The notes below the pieces were generated by a model. That model was not told the origin of the DNA. It did no database searches and saw only the letters and a program-made list of their open reading frames with translations. Positions 39,271 to 54,280 of a DNA stretch of 64,000 bases are shown here, piece by piece. The stretch is from Octopus vulgaris (taxonomy: Eukaryota). The stretch's first letter is position 1. Each line of letters starts with the position of its first letter. The stretch is taken from the NCBI GenBank assembly GCA_951406725.2, contig OX597815.1:22010001-22074000 (forward strand), written 5' to 3'. The translations under genes and the position numbers were made by a program.

Positions 39271-40808
39271 TTAAACGTACCTGGTAGACTTGAGTAGTGA
39301 GTGTATGTAGACGTGTAGCTACCATCGTTTTGTGCTGTAGTTTGATCGCATTACTCGGCTACACATCATCATCTGGGCTTTGGATAATTTTGAAGGATTA
39401 CTCTTGGTTGTAAGCATTCAGACCGGATCCTGACCCAGGGAGAAATTCCTTCTTTTCTCTACAGGTCTTCAAGACTTTGAAAAATATCACGAGCACTGCT
39501 ATTCTTTCTTTGATCAACCTATCAAAAAGTGCACCATTATAAATCTTCTGAAGACTGTAAACGAGTATTGCATAAAATCTACGCATGTTTCATAGCGAAA
39601 ATGCTGAAGTATGCGTCATTATTACAGGTTGCCTATTCGTTGTACAACATATTTACTGTTCATTGCAGAAAGCTATACCTAACCTATGAGTATTTGCTCA
39701 TTCAGAGAAATGAGATACTCATGCTAATAAACACCTAATATTGTCAGTGAATATATTTGAATCATCAACCCTTTGTCTAGTTGTTGTACTCTCTCTGAAC
39801 CTGTCTACATAGTTTTCGGTGTTTATCAGAATCAGTCTTGAAACTTTGAAATCATTTGTAATACCAGGTGAATTTGAAACAAAAACAAGAATCTAAAAAC
39901 TTTGTATATTATATTTGACTTAACCTCTTTCATCTGCCTATTCGTCTACCGATTCAGTAAATAACCATCTGGTTAACAACTCATTATTATCTATCTTCTA
40001 ATTTCCCAGCAATGCATTAATATTGAGAAATTAATAGGAGTAACGTAAAATATCGAAATGTTGTAATGAAATATAACAAATATCTGAAATAGAAAAAAGC
40101 AATTAATTTAATAGAAACATGGGTAATCCTGTTTGAGTTTTGTTTCTCGTGTTGCTGATGAAGTTTAAATGGTAATGATAATAAAACTGTTAGTAGGTCA
40201 GAATATTAAACTGTATAACGCTGATGAAAATATTCATCGATTTATTTGCCCCATGTAACAATGAAATAAAAAAAGAATATATATGACAAAATCATCAGTT
40301 TTATGATGAGCAAATAATTAACAGCCTAATCTTGGTTTTACTAATCAGGAAATTAACATGAACCAATAGCATTCAAAAACTAGGCGTCAATGATAACTAT
40401 AATAGAATTATAACGAACCACAAGAATTGAGAGCAAATAAAGTAAAAGGTTTATTGTAAAAGGATTCTATGTGTTTTATATGTGTGAATTTGTGCAAATG
40501 TTCGAGTGGTATATTAGACTGGATTACATTCATGTAAGTGTGAATGTTTTTTTGGGTGAGATGATTTCAATATGCGTCTGTCGGCGTGTCTGTGTGTCAA
40601 CGGAATATGCAATGCTTGAACATACATTATTTGTAAATGTTTGCAACCATTTTCTCCAGAAATATGGCTACAGATGTTAGCTACATATATAAACATGTCT
40701 ACGTGCCTGTTGGGTTTAGCCTCTGGAGGAGTTTAGAAATTTCCAATAATGTTATCTTTATCGCAAAAGTTATCTTCCATGTTTCAGTTACAGTTAACAA
40801 TAACAACG

Positions 40809-40871
<63 letters not shown>

Positions 40872-41189
40872 ATACACATACACACACACATACACACACA
40901 CACACACACACACAAATATTAAGTCATGTAATCAGACACATGAGGCATCTTATATACGATCAGTGATACCTACGAGCAAAAAAATTTTAAATACCCAGTA
41001 TAAAGATATAAATTGGTAAAAAAAAAATCGCCAAACAACGCCAGTAGTATTTGAGATAAAGAAGAAAGAATAAAAAAAAATTATAGAATGACAGAGAAGC
41101 GAAAGTCCGTACCTATGAAAAAAAGTGCAGAATGAAGTTTAAAGAAACAGATGTGGTTCTGATGTTTTGGATGATACCCTTCAATTAAT

Positions 41190-41385
41190 GGTTTCAAAAT
41201 TTGCCATACGGGCAGCAACTTTGAGGGAGGGGATGAGTCGATTACATCGACCCCAGTGTTCAGCTGCTACTTATTATAAAATCAAAGTCGACCTCGGCGG
41301 AATCTGAACTCAGAACGTAGTGTAGGGCGAAAGACCGCTAAGCATTTCGTCCATAGCGCTAACGATTCTGCCGGCTCGCCGCTTT
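41190..41385 (-). mobile_element. Older SINE family A copy with alternative tail
   Basis: GTCGATTACATCGACCCCAG, AAAGTCGACCTCGGCGGAAT and head remnant. Confidence 0.85.
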
Positions 41386-41584
41386 CAAACCTTATAATTA
41401 ATGAGAACCAAAACGAATAGAAACAGAATTGTGGTAGGTGCAAGAGAAAAAATACGTGTGTGATACCAAAAACGATATCTGTTTACATAGCAGCTCTCTG
41501 GTAAATACATACAAGTACACATATATCTGCGTGTGTAGGTACCCTAGCGCGTATGTCTATGTATGTTGTGCGTGTGAGTGTGTG

Positions 41585-41641
<57 letters not shown>

Positions 41642-42279
41642 TATATAAAAGTATTGCAGTCAAATCGAATTTTTCCTTGTGGCTCATCGAATCTCGAGTA
41701 AACTTTCATATTTTAAATAGTAAACAGTTCTTTGCCCTTTTCAAGTATTAAGTCTATATCAGATAATGTTTGTCCCATGTATAACTTATGCTTACATATG
41801 TTTAACAACCCTTACAGTAATATATATTGTCTTAAGTACTCGTGAAATAATAAGTATATCCGGTTGAAGTATTTTCAACGAATCACTTATCTACTTACAT
41901 TGATCAGGCTGTTGATAAGCCTCTTGGGAATTGTGCCACTTTCCCAAACAGAATTCTGATGCTTAGAAAAACCAAATCGGTATATAAATATATGCATACA
42001 TACATACATGCATGTATACATACATACATACATACATACATACATACATACATACATACATACATACATGTGTATCTCCCCATACACTGGTTACTGATCC
42101 TAAACAAGAAATTTTTATGAGAAAATGGTACATTTCTCTAGAAGTTTCTCAAGAGCCTGATCAACGTAAATGTGAGTGGAAGTTTATTTCGACTAGAAAT
42201 GCTATTTGCTCTTTGAGTCGGTATTAACGTTGCTGTGACATGAATATTTAGATCCCTGTAAATCACTTTTATTACTTAA

Positions 42280-42682
42280 CTAGCAGTATCGCCCGGCGTT
42301 GCTCGGGTTTGTAAGGGAAATAACTATATAAGCATTTTTAGAGAGTTATAGCCAAAAAATAGCAAAAAAATGTATTAAAAATGGAAAAAAAATGATAATA
42401 AATTTTTTTTTAAATCGTTGACTCATCGTAGACATTTTTAGAGAGTTACTTTCCTTATATAATAGCGAAAAAAATGCATTAAAATGGAAAAACAATGATG
42501 GTAAATTATTTTTTAAATCGTAGACTCATCGTAGACGCGCGCTAATACCCAGAAGGGCTCGATATGAATCACGACTATAAGATACCCGGTTTTGGTTAAA
42601 CTGCACCGCAAAATGTGGGAGTAGTTAGGAATCTAAATCGTAGGAGACAGACACACAACTTCACTTTTATATATAAAGAAGA
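42280..42682 (-). mobile_element. Non-autonomous Helitron, copy 2, with internal tandem duplication of about 100 bp
   Basis: Same termini and body as 10729-11031. The CATTTTTAGAGAGTTA...GACTCATCGTAGA unit is present twice. Confidence 0.88.
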
Positions 42683-43589
42683 TGTGACAAATAAATTCTA
42701 AAGTTTCTTTGTTATTTAACCTCAGGTTATCCCTGACCGAGGAAACCTACGATCTCTTTTCAACACTAATGTACCTGAGACAACATCCTTCAATGTGTTC
42801 ATCTCATTTTAAAGATTGTAAACTTTGATCTGAATGAGAAGTAGCCGTTATGGCTAGCAGCCGAGCTTGCAGAACCTCTGAGCTCTCAAATTCAAATTTT
42901 AGTGTACTTTCAAAATTTAACGTATTTTCATTGATTTTCTCATTTTTAAATATCAACACAATCCCCCCCCCTTAATTTATTCATGCACCGTCTCAACGAA
43001 CTTTCGTTTTCGTCCTTTTCTTTCTTTCTTTTTTTTTTTTTTCGTAAGATCAGGCGAGAAATGTTTTAAATTTGAAACATTCAGTAAGTTTCAGAGATGT
43101 TTTCTTCAGGAAACAACTACATCCTGGCTTCACTGGTTTTTCTATTCCCAAATAGCTTAATGTCTTTTGCTTAAATCAAAGAAGTGTTGCTTCTGTTATT
43201 TACAATGGCATTTATTCAATTGACATCATAGTAGATTGCTGCTTATGTATCAAAAGTAATCAGTAAAGTGGAAGTTATAAATAGAAGCAACGATGTGTAC
43301 TATGAAGGATATTTCCCTAAAGTATTCTTAAATACGAAAAGCAAAAGAGTCATAAATAAAGCTAATAAATTGTATATTTAAATTAGTCTCTACGTTAACC
43401 CCGATGTAGAGTGTTATTATTGTTCAGATTACTGACGCATCAACATACGCTTAGAGTGATTTGGCCTGTGACAGGCAATAAGTGCAATGTAGCTATGCAT
43501 GTATATACATGTACGTATGTATGCATGGCATGCATTATGTGTTTGGATGCATCTTTGTATTTATATCTGTCTATGTATCTAATTATCTA

Positions 43590-45151
<1,562 letters not shown>

Positions 45152-45309
45152 TTTGGACTAATGGGTATATATCGATTAGTGTGTTGAAGTGTTTGGTAGA
45201 GCACTGGCACAGTTTGAGGTACCTGGTGTCATCCGCGTTCGGGGTATAATACCGCTGGGTCTACTTCAGGAATTCGCAATCAGAAGATGGCGTTGGTATT
45301 AATCTTTTA

Positions 45310-45414
45310 GTACAACGGTCGTTTCAACCCACCTTGTTAATGTCCCTTATGGATGGGATTCCATTCAACAGGCTGTGTTGCATCCATTTTTTCAGTCTGG
45401 ATCTCATCAGGTAC
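45310..45414 (-). ncRNA. Hammerhead ribozyme candidate with long stem-II insertion, inside a repeat at about 45147-45535
   Basis: GUAC-CUGAUGA-GAUCCA(about 70 nt)UGGGUU-GAAA-CGACCG-UU-GUAC. Confidence 0.6.
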
Positions 45415-46099
45415 ATCCATACATAAAGTTGTGTCTCGCTAAAGATCCTGGGTGTTGGCCGTCATGTTGTTATATGCCCGTCTAGTTAGGGAATGAAACC
45501 TTGCTACAATTTTCAATACTATTATCTTTCTATAAGAATTGCAAAACATTTATAAATATTGGCAAATAACTGTTGATAAAAAAATTGTAGGGAATGGAAA
45601 CGAAGGACAGGGATGGATCGAGTTACAGTGAGTTTATGACAAAGGAATGGTACTAGAAAAAAAGGAATGAAAATATATATGCAGGCTAGAACATCAGGGG
45701 GCGAAAGGTTGTTTAGCTAGCTGGCTTAGGTAGAGATTTTTATACATACATTTGCACACACATGCTCGTACATACACTCACACTACTCTGTTCTAAAAAT
45801 CAACACCAAGAAAGAAGAAATATTTACATATATTTATTCGTTTGCCCGACATCGCTGTTTTATCCACACATAAAGCGCGCCGGTGTTTAAAAGACCTATA
45901 GAGCAACGAGTTCACAGCTAGCTTTTTTGTTGTTGACATATATGTAGTTTCAAAATGCCTTGTTTTACAACTATGAGATGTATTGTTATTGTCATAATTT
46001 TATCTTACTGTAATCAACAACAAACACATTTCGTCAATATAAAATTCTTTAATAGATAAAAAAAAAATAACATTATCAAAACATGAAGGTAAAACGAAA

Positions 46100-46400
46100 C
46101 AAAATAGGGGCTTATACACCGGAAATACGGTAATTGTAGTGGCAGTGACAAGTTCGCTCGCTGGTTGCTAGTTGATAGTGTAGAAGGGAGGGAAGGAGTA
46201 AGGAATGCACGGTGCTGATTAGAAAGGAGGAGAGGATAAAAGTGGCATCGTCTTCGCTCGTCATACGAATAGAACAGAGTGGTGACATTTAGTAGAGATG
46301 ACCCGGAAGTTGTTCCTCTTCGATTACTATCGCAAACAGCAGTAGCTTTCGCCGAACCTTCTCGACCGGCTCCTCGTTTCGGCTTGTGGATGACCTGCCT
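46100..46400. promoter_or_regulatory. Candidate housekeeping-type promoter
   Basis: Locally CpG-rich. ETS-type CCGGAAAT at 46119-46126 and CCGGAAGT at 46303-46310; ACTACAATTACC (minus strand) at 46129-46140. Confidence 0.35.
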
Positions 46401-46404
46401 GAAC

Positions 46405-46757
46405 ATGCCTCACTTTCCACTGAAGTGTAGCCATGTTTGAAGCGGTTGTATCACTCCTTGATCTGAGTTTTGTCCCTGGCATCAACGTCAAAGGTCTGTT
46501 GAATCTTCTAGATGGTTTGAGCTTCCGTACCCCAAAGCTTTTGGCAAAACTTGATGCAATATCTCAATTCAATGCGTTCGGTGAAAACGAAAATCTGACG
46601 AGCCCGCACTACATGCGTAACAACCGGGAATTGGCACGGCCATTTTCGTGCATGTGCAGGGAGAATGGGGGTCACCTTCCACTCAAATGATTTTGCCCTC
46701 GCAGCATTAGTTTTGGCGTAAAAAAATTAAGTCGAGTATTTTTTAACGCGCCCCGTA
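46405..46757 (-). mobile_element. Mariner 5' fragment (TIR plus HTH)
   Basis: RYCIKFCQKL / EAQTI*KIQQTFDVDARDKTQIKE*YNRFKHGYTSVESE; terminus TA-CGGGGCGCGTTAAAAAATA. Confidence 0.85.
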
Positions 46758-49566
46758 TTCACAGGTTGCCTTTTTTGTGGTTTGTATATCTGTTTTGTGC
46801 AGGATATTCTACTTCGTATCAAAATCAGTATTATATTATTTAAGGTGCTATGTGTCTTTTTAGGGTGGTGGTGGCTTTTTGGAGGGTTTTTTCAGACAAG
46901 CCAAAAAGTTGAGGGTTTTTCAGACAATCCGAAACTTTTTCAGACAAGCCGTAATGTAGCGTTGTTTGTATTTGTCCTCTGTGAATCTTAGTTATCATAT
47001 GCTGCTTTTCGTGTTAAGAGTACAACCGTAACTAACTTTTAGACAGTTCCTTTTAAATGGTACTCTATAAGATGATGTAAGAACTGACTATTTTAAACGT
47101 ATTAGTAATAGTAGACCTAAAATTTAAGAATCATATGGTGTTACGGGATTTGCTTTTAGCATGCGAAAGCAGAATAGTTCCAATGCAAGTTATTATAACT
47201 TGGAAACAACCGACTGTTAAATCTCTATTTTGATAAAGGGCTAAGCTGCCATATGTAGAGACTGGAGAACTTTTGTTGTTGATGCTTCTGACGTAACATC
47301 AGTTTTTTTTTTTATTATAATCAGTTTTTCTTTTTAAATAAGGAGTCATGGATTAATATTGCGCGAGGTGTATGAGAATTGTTAGACATAGCTTCCTTGA
47401 AGATGCTAATCAGGTGTTTCCTAAAGGTATTTAATGCATGCCCTTTTCCATGATGTGAAAAGTCCAGCATGTCACCCTGACATAAACTAATGGGCACAGT
47501 TTATATACACCTCATCAGTCGGACGTATACTGCTCCTTATTATCCGTTGATTGTCCTGATATCCAGTTATGGAACTCCGATGCTTAAGGCTATGCAAGAA
47601 AAGATGCTGCCAAGGTAACCGACCGCCACATGTTTAAATTGCAGTTGTTTCTTGTTGCATTCAACTAGAAGACATTTTACGTCCTCCCAGTTAGCCTACA
47701 ATTCTGATCGCCCCGGGTACCTATGTGATAATATACCTTGTGATAATATATCTTCATCCCACATCAGAACCTATGCTGACAACAATGGCGGTAACTTTTT
47801 TCTTCCCCTCTCTTAAAATGGCGTCTAGAGTTGATTGGAGAGATTCCCCGATTAAGATAGCCTGTAATTAAATGTAATTACAATCAAAATTAAAAAGCCT
47901 GGATGAATTTAATAGTCTCACTATTCTTACTTATATGTCAGCATAACCTGTACACTAAAGAACTTGACATGTAAATCGTTTGTAAATTAATCACCTATTG
48001 TTGTCGTGGCTTGTTGTTGCTATTTTCAACAGATATTATTACAACTTGTGATTTATTTTTTTTAAAACAACATAATACAGCATAATATGAAAACGCCAGA
48101 ATTAATGATTTGCACTCTAATTTTCGAAACCTCATGCAGTAAAACTTGACAAAATCAATGTTAACATTTAAATGAAAACTAAAACTAATAAAACAAGTCA
48201 AAATTTTATGTAAAAGTATATGACCTGGTAAGGGCTCATTAATGTAGTCATAGATGGAAAAGAAATATATCTAACAAATAATATTAGTGTTGGGAGAAAT
48301 TTAGAAGAAACTGTGAAAAGTATCAGAGGATAAATGAATATTGAAAATTACAGTTTTGAAAAAATCAGCACGTCATGAATGAAAACTACTTGTAATTAGT
48401 GTTTGGAGAAGACAGTTAAAGACCTTATCTGCGATAAAGCAACTGCAAGATATAAATGTTTGGGCTTAAGTGATATTCAATTTGAATTTTTGAAGATTAA
48501 TGGCCCTCACACGTGCTACATTCTTACTCTTCATCTACCATTTCTAAGAAACCTCTGTTCATCAGAACTAGTTGATCTAATGAAACCTTCACTGATTCCC
48601 ATCTTATTGCTTCGTTTCTCTCTTCCTCTCGTTATCTATAATGTGTCTACTCCTATGTCCCCCCACAAGACAATTTTTCTCCAACTCCTCCCTTTCCAGA
48701 ACGCAACCTCTTAAGAATCCTTGTTCATTTTTTTTTCTGAAATGTTCATAAAGAACATCACCCACGATGATATCACCAATCTTGGAATGTCATTAGTAGC
48801 TATGGGAAGAGCTTCTGTGAGATGAAACCTTTATGGAATAAACGTTTATTTTGTAAACGTTTATTTTAAAAAGGTTTCATCTCGAAGAAGCTCTGCCCAC
48901 AGACATCATAGAAACCAGAAGAGATCGGTCCTAAAGTATCGTAGAAATTAGAAGCGTTCGGTTCCAAAACAAGGTAGAAGCCAGGATAGTTCAATTCTAA
49001 TAAGTGAACGTTGACAAGGTCTTTAGAATGGATTTCGAAGACGTGACCGATTTGGAAAACGGATGTTGAGTACATCGAAGTTGTCTAGCGAGAATCAGTG
49101 TTGGGTCATAAATTTTAATGAAATAACAATAAAAGTACCAGAAGAAGTAAACAAATACTAATGTGCTGAGGTTAACGATTAGGTGAACGACCACTTGTAG
49201 GATATGGCGTATGATATGATGGTTTCATTTGAACAGGATGTGTAAATAGTAAACTGGTTGGACGTATTTTCATATGAAATTTGCATCGATTTGACTTTGT
49301 ATTTTATGGCTCCGAACAGGAATAACAAATCTTACTATATATAGGATGTGTAATCTTCATGAAAACTGATGAGATTGTTCGCATTTACATTCACTGAGTT
49401 GAGTGTCATAATTTTGTGCTGAGTTTTATGTGTGATATGAATAAAAATTTAAGTTTTGTATCGATTTTATTATTCTATGTGAACTGCTCGGGCTCCTTTT
49501 ATTCTGAGTTCTAATTTCGCCGGGACCAACTTTACTTTTCATCCCTTCTGTCCGTGATTAAGTGGT

Positions 49567-49610
<44 letters not shown>

Positions 49611-50216
49611 TCAGCTTTACGCATTAGCCAACGTGTAAATAATCCCAGGAATGAAACGATGCGTCAGAAATACACATACAAGAAGCCACAAGATGATAAA
49701 TTTACTTGAGAACACTCACCCGAAACCGCTTAGTTTTGGATGTGTCCTAGAAATTATTCATGTTTCCCATTGAATCAATGCACTGAATAATTAAGAATGG
49801 TTAATCTGTAAGAATACATTCCATGAATCTGAAATTCCTTGCAAAGAGACGTATGTACATACATACATGCATACATACACACATACATACATACATACAT
49901 ACATACATAATACATACATACATACATACATACATACATACATACATACATACATACATACATTAATACATACATACATACATACATACATACATGCATA
50001 CATACAAAAATATTCTGTTGATGATAGTGAAATTCCAATGAAGGAGCCTTGGATCTAGGTTAGAAATCCTCTCTTTCTCTATTGAGAAGAAATCTTTAAA
50101 TTAAACTGAATAATGATATACATACAAGTATGCGTGTATACCTACATGCATGTTTGCATAGGTATATTGCTACATAGCAAAACACACACGCGTACAAACA
50201 TATATACATACATACA

Positions 50217-50278
<62 letters not shown>

Positions 50279-50285
50279 ACATATA

Positions 50286-50324
<39 letters not shown>

Positions 50325-50326
50325 GC

Positions 50327-50371
<45 letters not shown>

Positions 50372-50376
<5 letters not shown>

Positions 50377-50585
50377 CAAACATGAAAACACAAAGAGAAA
50401 ACACAACAACTCGAGGACGTGGAACAAATATAGTATTATTGGACGTTCAGGAAGGGAGGGAAGAAGGAGGGTTTTATGTTTCGAGCGGAGCTCTTCGTCA
50501 GAAACATAGGAAAAGGAAAGATCCAGAGAAGGGAAGACGGAAGAAAAAAAATCGCCAACGGTACACACGCGATCACATTTTGAAT
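50372..50585 (-). mobile_element. PLE-like family P1 copy 3, with hammerhead motif at 50471-50505
   Basis: GUUU-CUGACGA-A-GAGC(UCC)GCUC-GAAA-CA-UA-AAAC, embedded in (TA)n. Confidence 0.75.
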
Positions 50586-50725
50586 GTATATATATATACA
50601 TACATACATATATATATGTTATTTAGAGATAGAAGTCCCCATGCAATTCATCAAATCATAATATACATCACACCATAAACAAAGAATTTTATTTTATACT
50701 TACTATTTCAGTTCCAAATTTCTTT

Positions 50726-50816
50726 CCTACACGTGTTTCATGAGGTGCGTTTAACGTTCCCTAAACACTCAGTCTTTTTCAGAAACATATCTTAACTGGA
50801 ACCCCAATCATCAGGA
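50726..50816 (-). ncRNA. Hammerhead-like motif with long stem II and weak stem I
   Basis: UC-CUGAUGA-U-UGGGGU(about 54 nt)ACCUCA-U-GAAA-CACGUG-UA-GG; palindromic stem III ACACGUGU and GUA triplet. Confidence 0.45.
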
Positions 50817-50914
50817 CTCTTCAAAACTTTTTTTATAATTCTGTAACTATTCCTATATTTTAATATTTTTACAGTTACGAATGTAACTAACAAACAAATT
50901 TGCACACCCGCATA

Positions 50915-50992
50915 TTTGTCTTCTACTATAGCCTCGGGCCCACCAAAGCTTCGTGAAGGAATTCGGTAGACAGAAACTGAAAGAAGCCCGTC

Positions 50993-51055
<63 letters not shown>

Positions 51056-51258
51056 TGTGTCTTTGTTTGTCCTCTCATCACCATTGTTTGACAAACGGTG
51101 TTGGTGTGTTTGTGTTCTCGTAACTTAGCTGTACGGCAGAAGAAACTGATAGAATAAGCACCAGGCTTACAGGAAATAAGTCCAGGGATCGATGCCTTCG
51201 ATTAAAGGGCGGTGCTTGAGCATGGCCACTATCAAATGACTGAAACAAGTAAAAAGAA
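50915..51258 (+). mobile_element. SINE family B, 5'-truncated, with internal (TA)n(TG)n
   Basis: Family body and tail. Confidence 0.88.
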
Positions 51259-51452
51259 TGCCATAAGAACGTTCCGTACCACTAAACCTAGAAGGTCCTT
51301 TGAATATGCACGATGTATTTTAAGGCTAAATAGTAATTCTGTTTATGTTTGCGTAACTGAAATATTTTGGTTGGATTATATAGTTATCGGTTTTACACTT
51401 CTTTCTATATTCTGTAAGTGTTATAATATAGAAACATTTCTCATGGCTCCAG

Positions 51453-51458
51453 CTAATA

Positions 51459-51549
<91 letters not shown>

Positions 51550-51620
51550 GTGCTGCTGGTTCTGGTGCTGCTGGTGCTGCTGCTATTATTATTATTATTT
51601 TTATTATTATTATTATTATT
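51453..51620. repeat. Compound (ACT)n(GCT)n(ATT)n microsatellite
   Basis: Read directly. Confidence 0.95.
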
Positions 51621-52065
51621 GCCATTATCGTTATCTTCTTGCAATTTTGTTTCCATTTCTTGCCGAGTGTCTTCCCAATACCTAGAGCAAAGAAACTCAC
51701 TGTATACATTGGTAGGCCATTAAAATAAGCACACCAGATCGTTCATTTCAAAGTCATGTGATAGGAAAAAAAGGGGGAAGAAAAAGAGGAAAAAAGGAAA
51801 AAGGGAGAAAAATGAAAAAGAGAATAGTGGGGGAAAGGAAAATAATTCACAGCTACAATGCTCTTCTCAATACGTGCGACGTACCAGTTAAAATAATTTA
51901 TTGCAATTCTTGCATGGATGGTAAGCCAGGGATCATCCTCAAATAATTTTCAATTCCTTTTTTTTTATCTTTCCAAGTGCTCCTACAATCACTGGTATCG
52001 TAACAGTCCTGAGATGCCATATTTTCTTTCGATTTCAATCAGCAAGATTTATTATTATTATTATT

Positions 52066-52503
52066 CAGTAGTTTTATTTTCATAGCATGCTTTCACTTCA
52101 CTACCGAGCGCAGCTCTGTGTGCCTTGGGTATGTGCTGTGATTTGTTGTGATGCTCTGATGGTTATTGTATGGAAAGTGTTCGGCGTAGGATGTGTGCAG
52201 TGCCTAGTAGTGCAATTTTCTGTATGTTATATGTGTTTGTAAGTCCTGGTGTTTTTGTTATGTATTTGTCTGAATATTTTTTTATCATGCCTAATTCACC
52301 TATTATCATAGGGATTGTTTCTGTTTTTAGATTCCACATTCTGGTTACCTCTATTTCCAGGTCTTTGTATTTTGAAAGTTTATCCATTTCTTTTGGAGAA
52401 ATGTTGTCATCTGCCGGTATTGATACATCAATTAGAAAGCATTTTTTTCCTTCATGATCTCTAACAACTATATCTTGTCTGTTGGCCTTAATTTCTCTAT
52501 CTG

Positions 52504-52504
<1 letters not shown>
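52066..52504 (-). mobile_element. R4/Dong-clade LINE 3' end (restriction-like endonuclease domain) inserted in (TAA)n
   Basis: TDREIKANRQDIVVRD...CFLIDVSIPADDN...KLSKYKDLEIEV...IQKIALLGTAHILRRTL, with (TAA)n on both sides. Confidence 0.92.
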
Positions 52505-52585
<81 letters not shown>

Positions 52586-52608
52586 CATTATTATTATCAT
52601 TATTATTA

Positions 52609-52666
<58 letters not shown>

Positions 52667-52842
52667 TCAGGCAGTGGACTGACAGAAGGGTTCACATTTT
52701 TGAAAAACAAACAAAAAGAAAATGTCCCAAATTGTCTTAATGTTCGTTTCACTAGCAAGCAATTTTGGAATTTTTGAACGGTCAACCCTTTATTCTGGAG
52801 TGAAAATAAGCCTTGGTCTTGTCAAAGCATTACATATGCATA

Positions 52843-52893
<51 letters not shown>

Positions 52894-53039
52894 TTGCACG
52901 GTAGCAATTTATTATTCCTATTCGGTATTGAGGTTAAGATGGCTTTTCTTATTAAACAGTGTTGGAATCGGACAAAAAGGTTATGGGAAGATATCAATGA
53001 CTTTTCCATATGCATGGCCTGAAGTCGTATGCTACCAGT

Positions 53040-54280
53040 GCTAAACAATTGGAAACATAACTACAGAGAATACATGGGTTTAAGAGATAAATTGATATTA
53101 GTTACGAATTAGAAAAAATGTTGTTAGGGAATTTTGAATGCAGGAACATTTATTTATTAAGAACATTAATATAATACTAGATAAAGAATTAGACATAAGA
53201 GAATTAAACCAAATACAGACATACAAATGCGCAAGGATCAACGATCTAGACAGTGTACAACGGACACAAATGAAAAAGCAAAAGATTAGGGATAACTATT
53301 GCAGACGCAATAGATTAATACTCAAACCAGAGCTAAATATAAAGAATAAGATAATAGGCATCAATAATAATAGCTGTCCCAACGCACTGCTAAGACCAAA
53401 CGGGGAAAGGAGAAAAATGACAGCATTTAGAATATAAAAATACATAAATAAACAGAAAATATCTGATATACGAAGATTATATTTAGCCCGAATACAACAA
53501 GGCAAGAGCTTTATGCTACTAGAAAAGTGTTATAAATTATCTATTACAAAAATATTTTTTAAAGAGTCGTAGAAAATTAACATAAATAGCCACGAAACAC
53601 GAAAAAGGAAAAAAGGAAAAAAGAAACTAATATCGCTTCCTTCAAGGAAGTCGACAAACTCAAAGCAGAGACTGAACTGAACTATTAGATGATATGAAGA
53701 AAAAGGAGAAACGACAGAAATTATGAAAAGACTAAATTTTAGCTAAAACTATGGCTATTGAATGTCATGGTAAAGCGATGGCAAAAATAAAAATTCCTTT
53801 GCATAGCTAATCCTTGAAAGCGCTGAACTGGTTGGAAACAGGCAAGGTAGAAACATTGTCTGAAAAGGACGGGACTCAAACCTGTAAATTAAGGGTTGTT
53901 GGTTGTGGGACAAGATCAAGGCTTGCAAAGAAAACAAAAAATCAAAAGTATGTAAGAATGCAAAATATAGTAACTATAGAATACGTAGCCTGGGGAAGAA
54001 ACAATAAACAACATTGTCTCTGGCTGTGCAGCTAAGAAGGAATACATCCACAGGCGTGACAGAGTTGGGATTTACATACATCAGTAGTTATACTAGCATT
54101 AGGAATTACTAAGAGAAAATAGTTGATATAAGCACAAACCAGAGAAGATCTCCGAGATTGACAAGTAACCATACTCAAATATTATTACCATACAAAGAGG
54201 GGGAGATTAATGTTAATCGACTAGAAAAAGATATGGCTTCTAATCGATATATTTATCCCAACAGATGATTGCATAACTTT
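53040..54280 (+). mobile_element. Old degraded R4/Dong-like LINE (late RT, CCHC and RLE remnants)
   Basis: TYKCARI...MKKQKIRDNYCRRNRLILKPELNIKNKIIGIN, DIRRLYLAR, TINNIVSGC / KKEYIHRRDRVGIYIH and LIDIFIPTDD. Confidence 0.75.

Noticed and set aside
48866-49200. Coding-looking stretch
   Set aside because: Stops in all plus frames, only short minus ORFs, and no recognisable motif.
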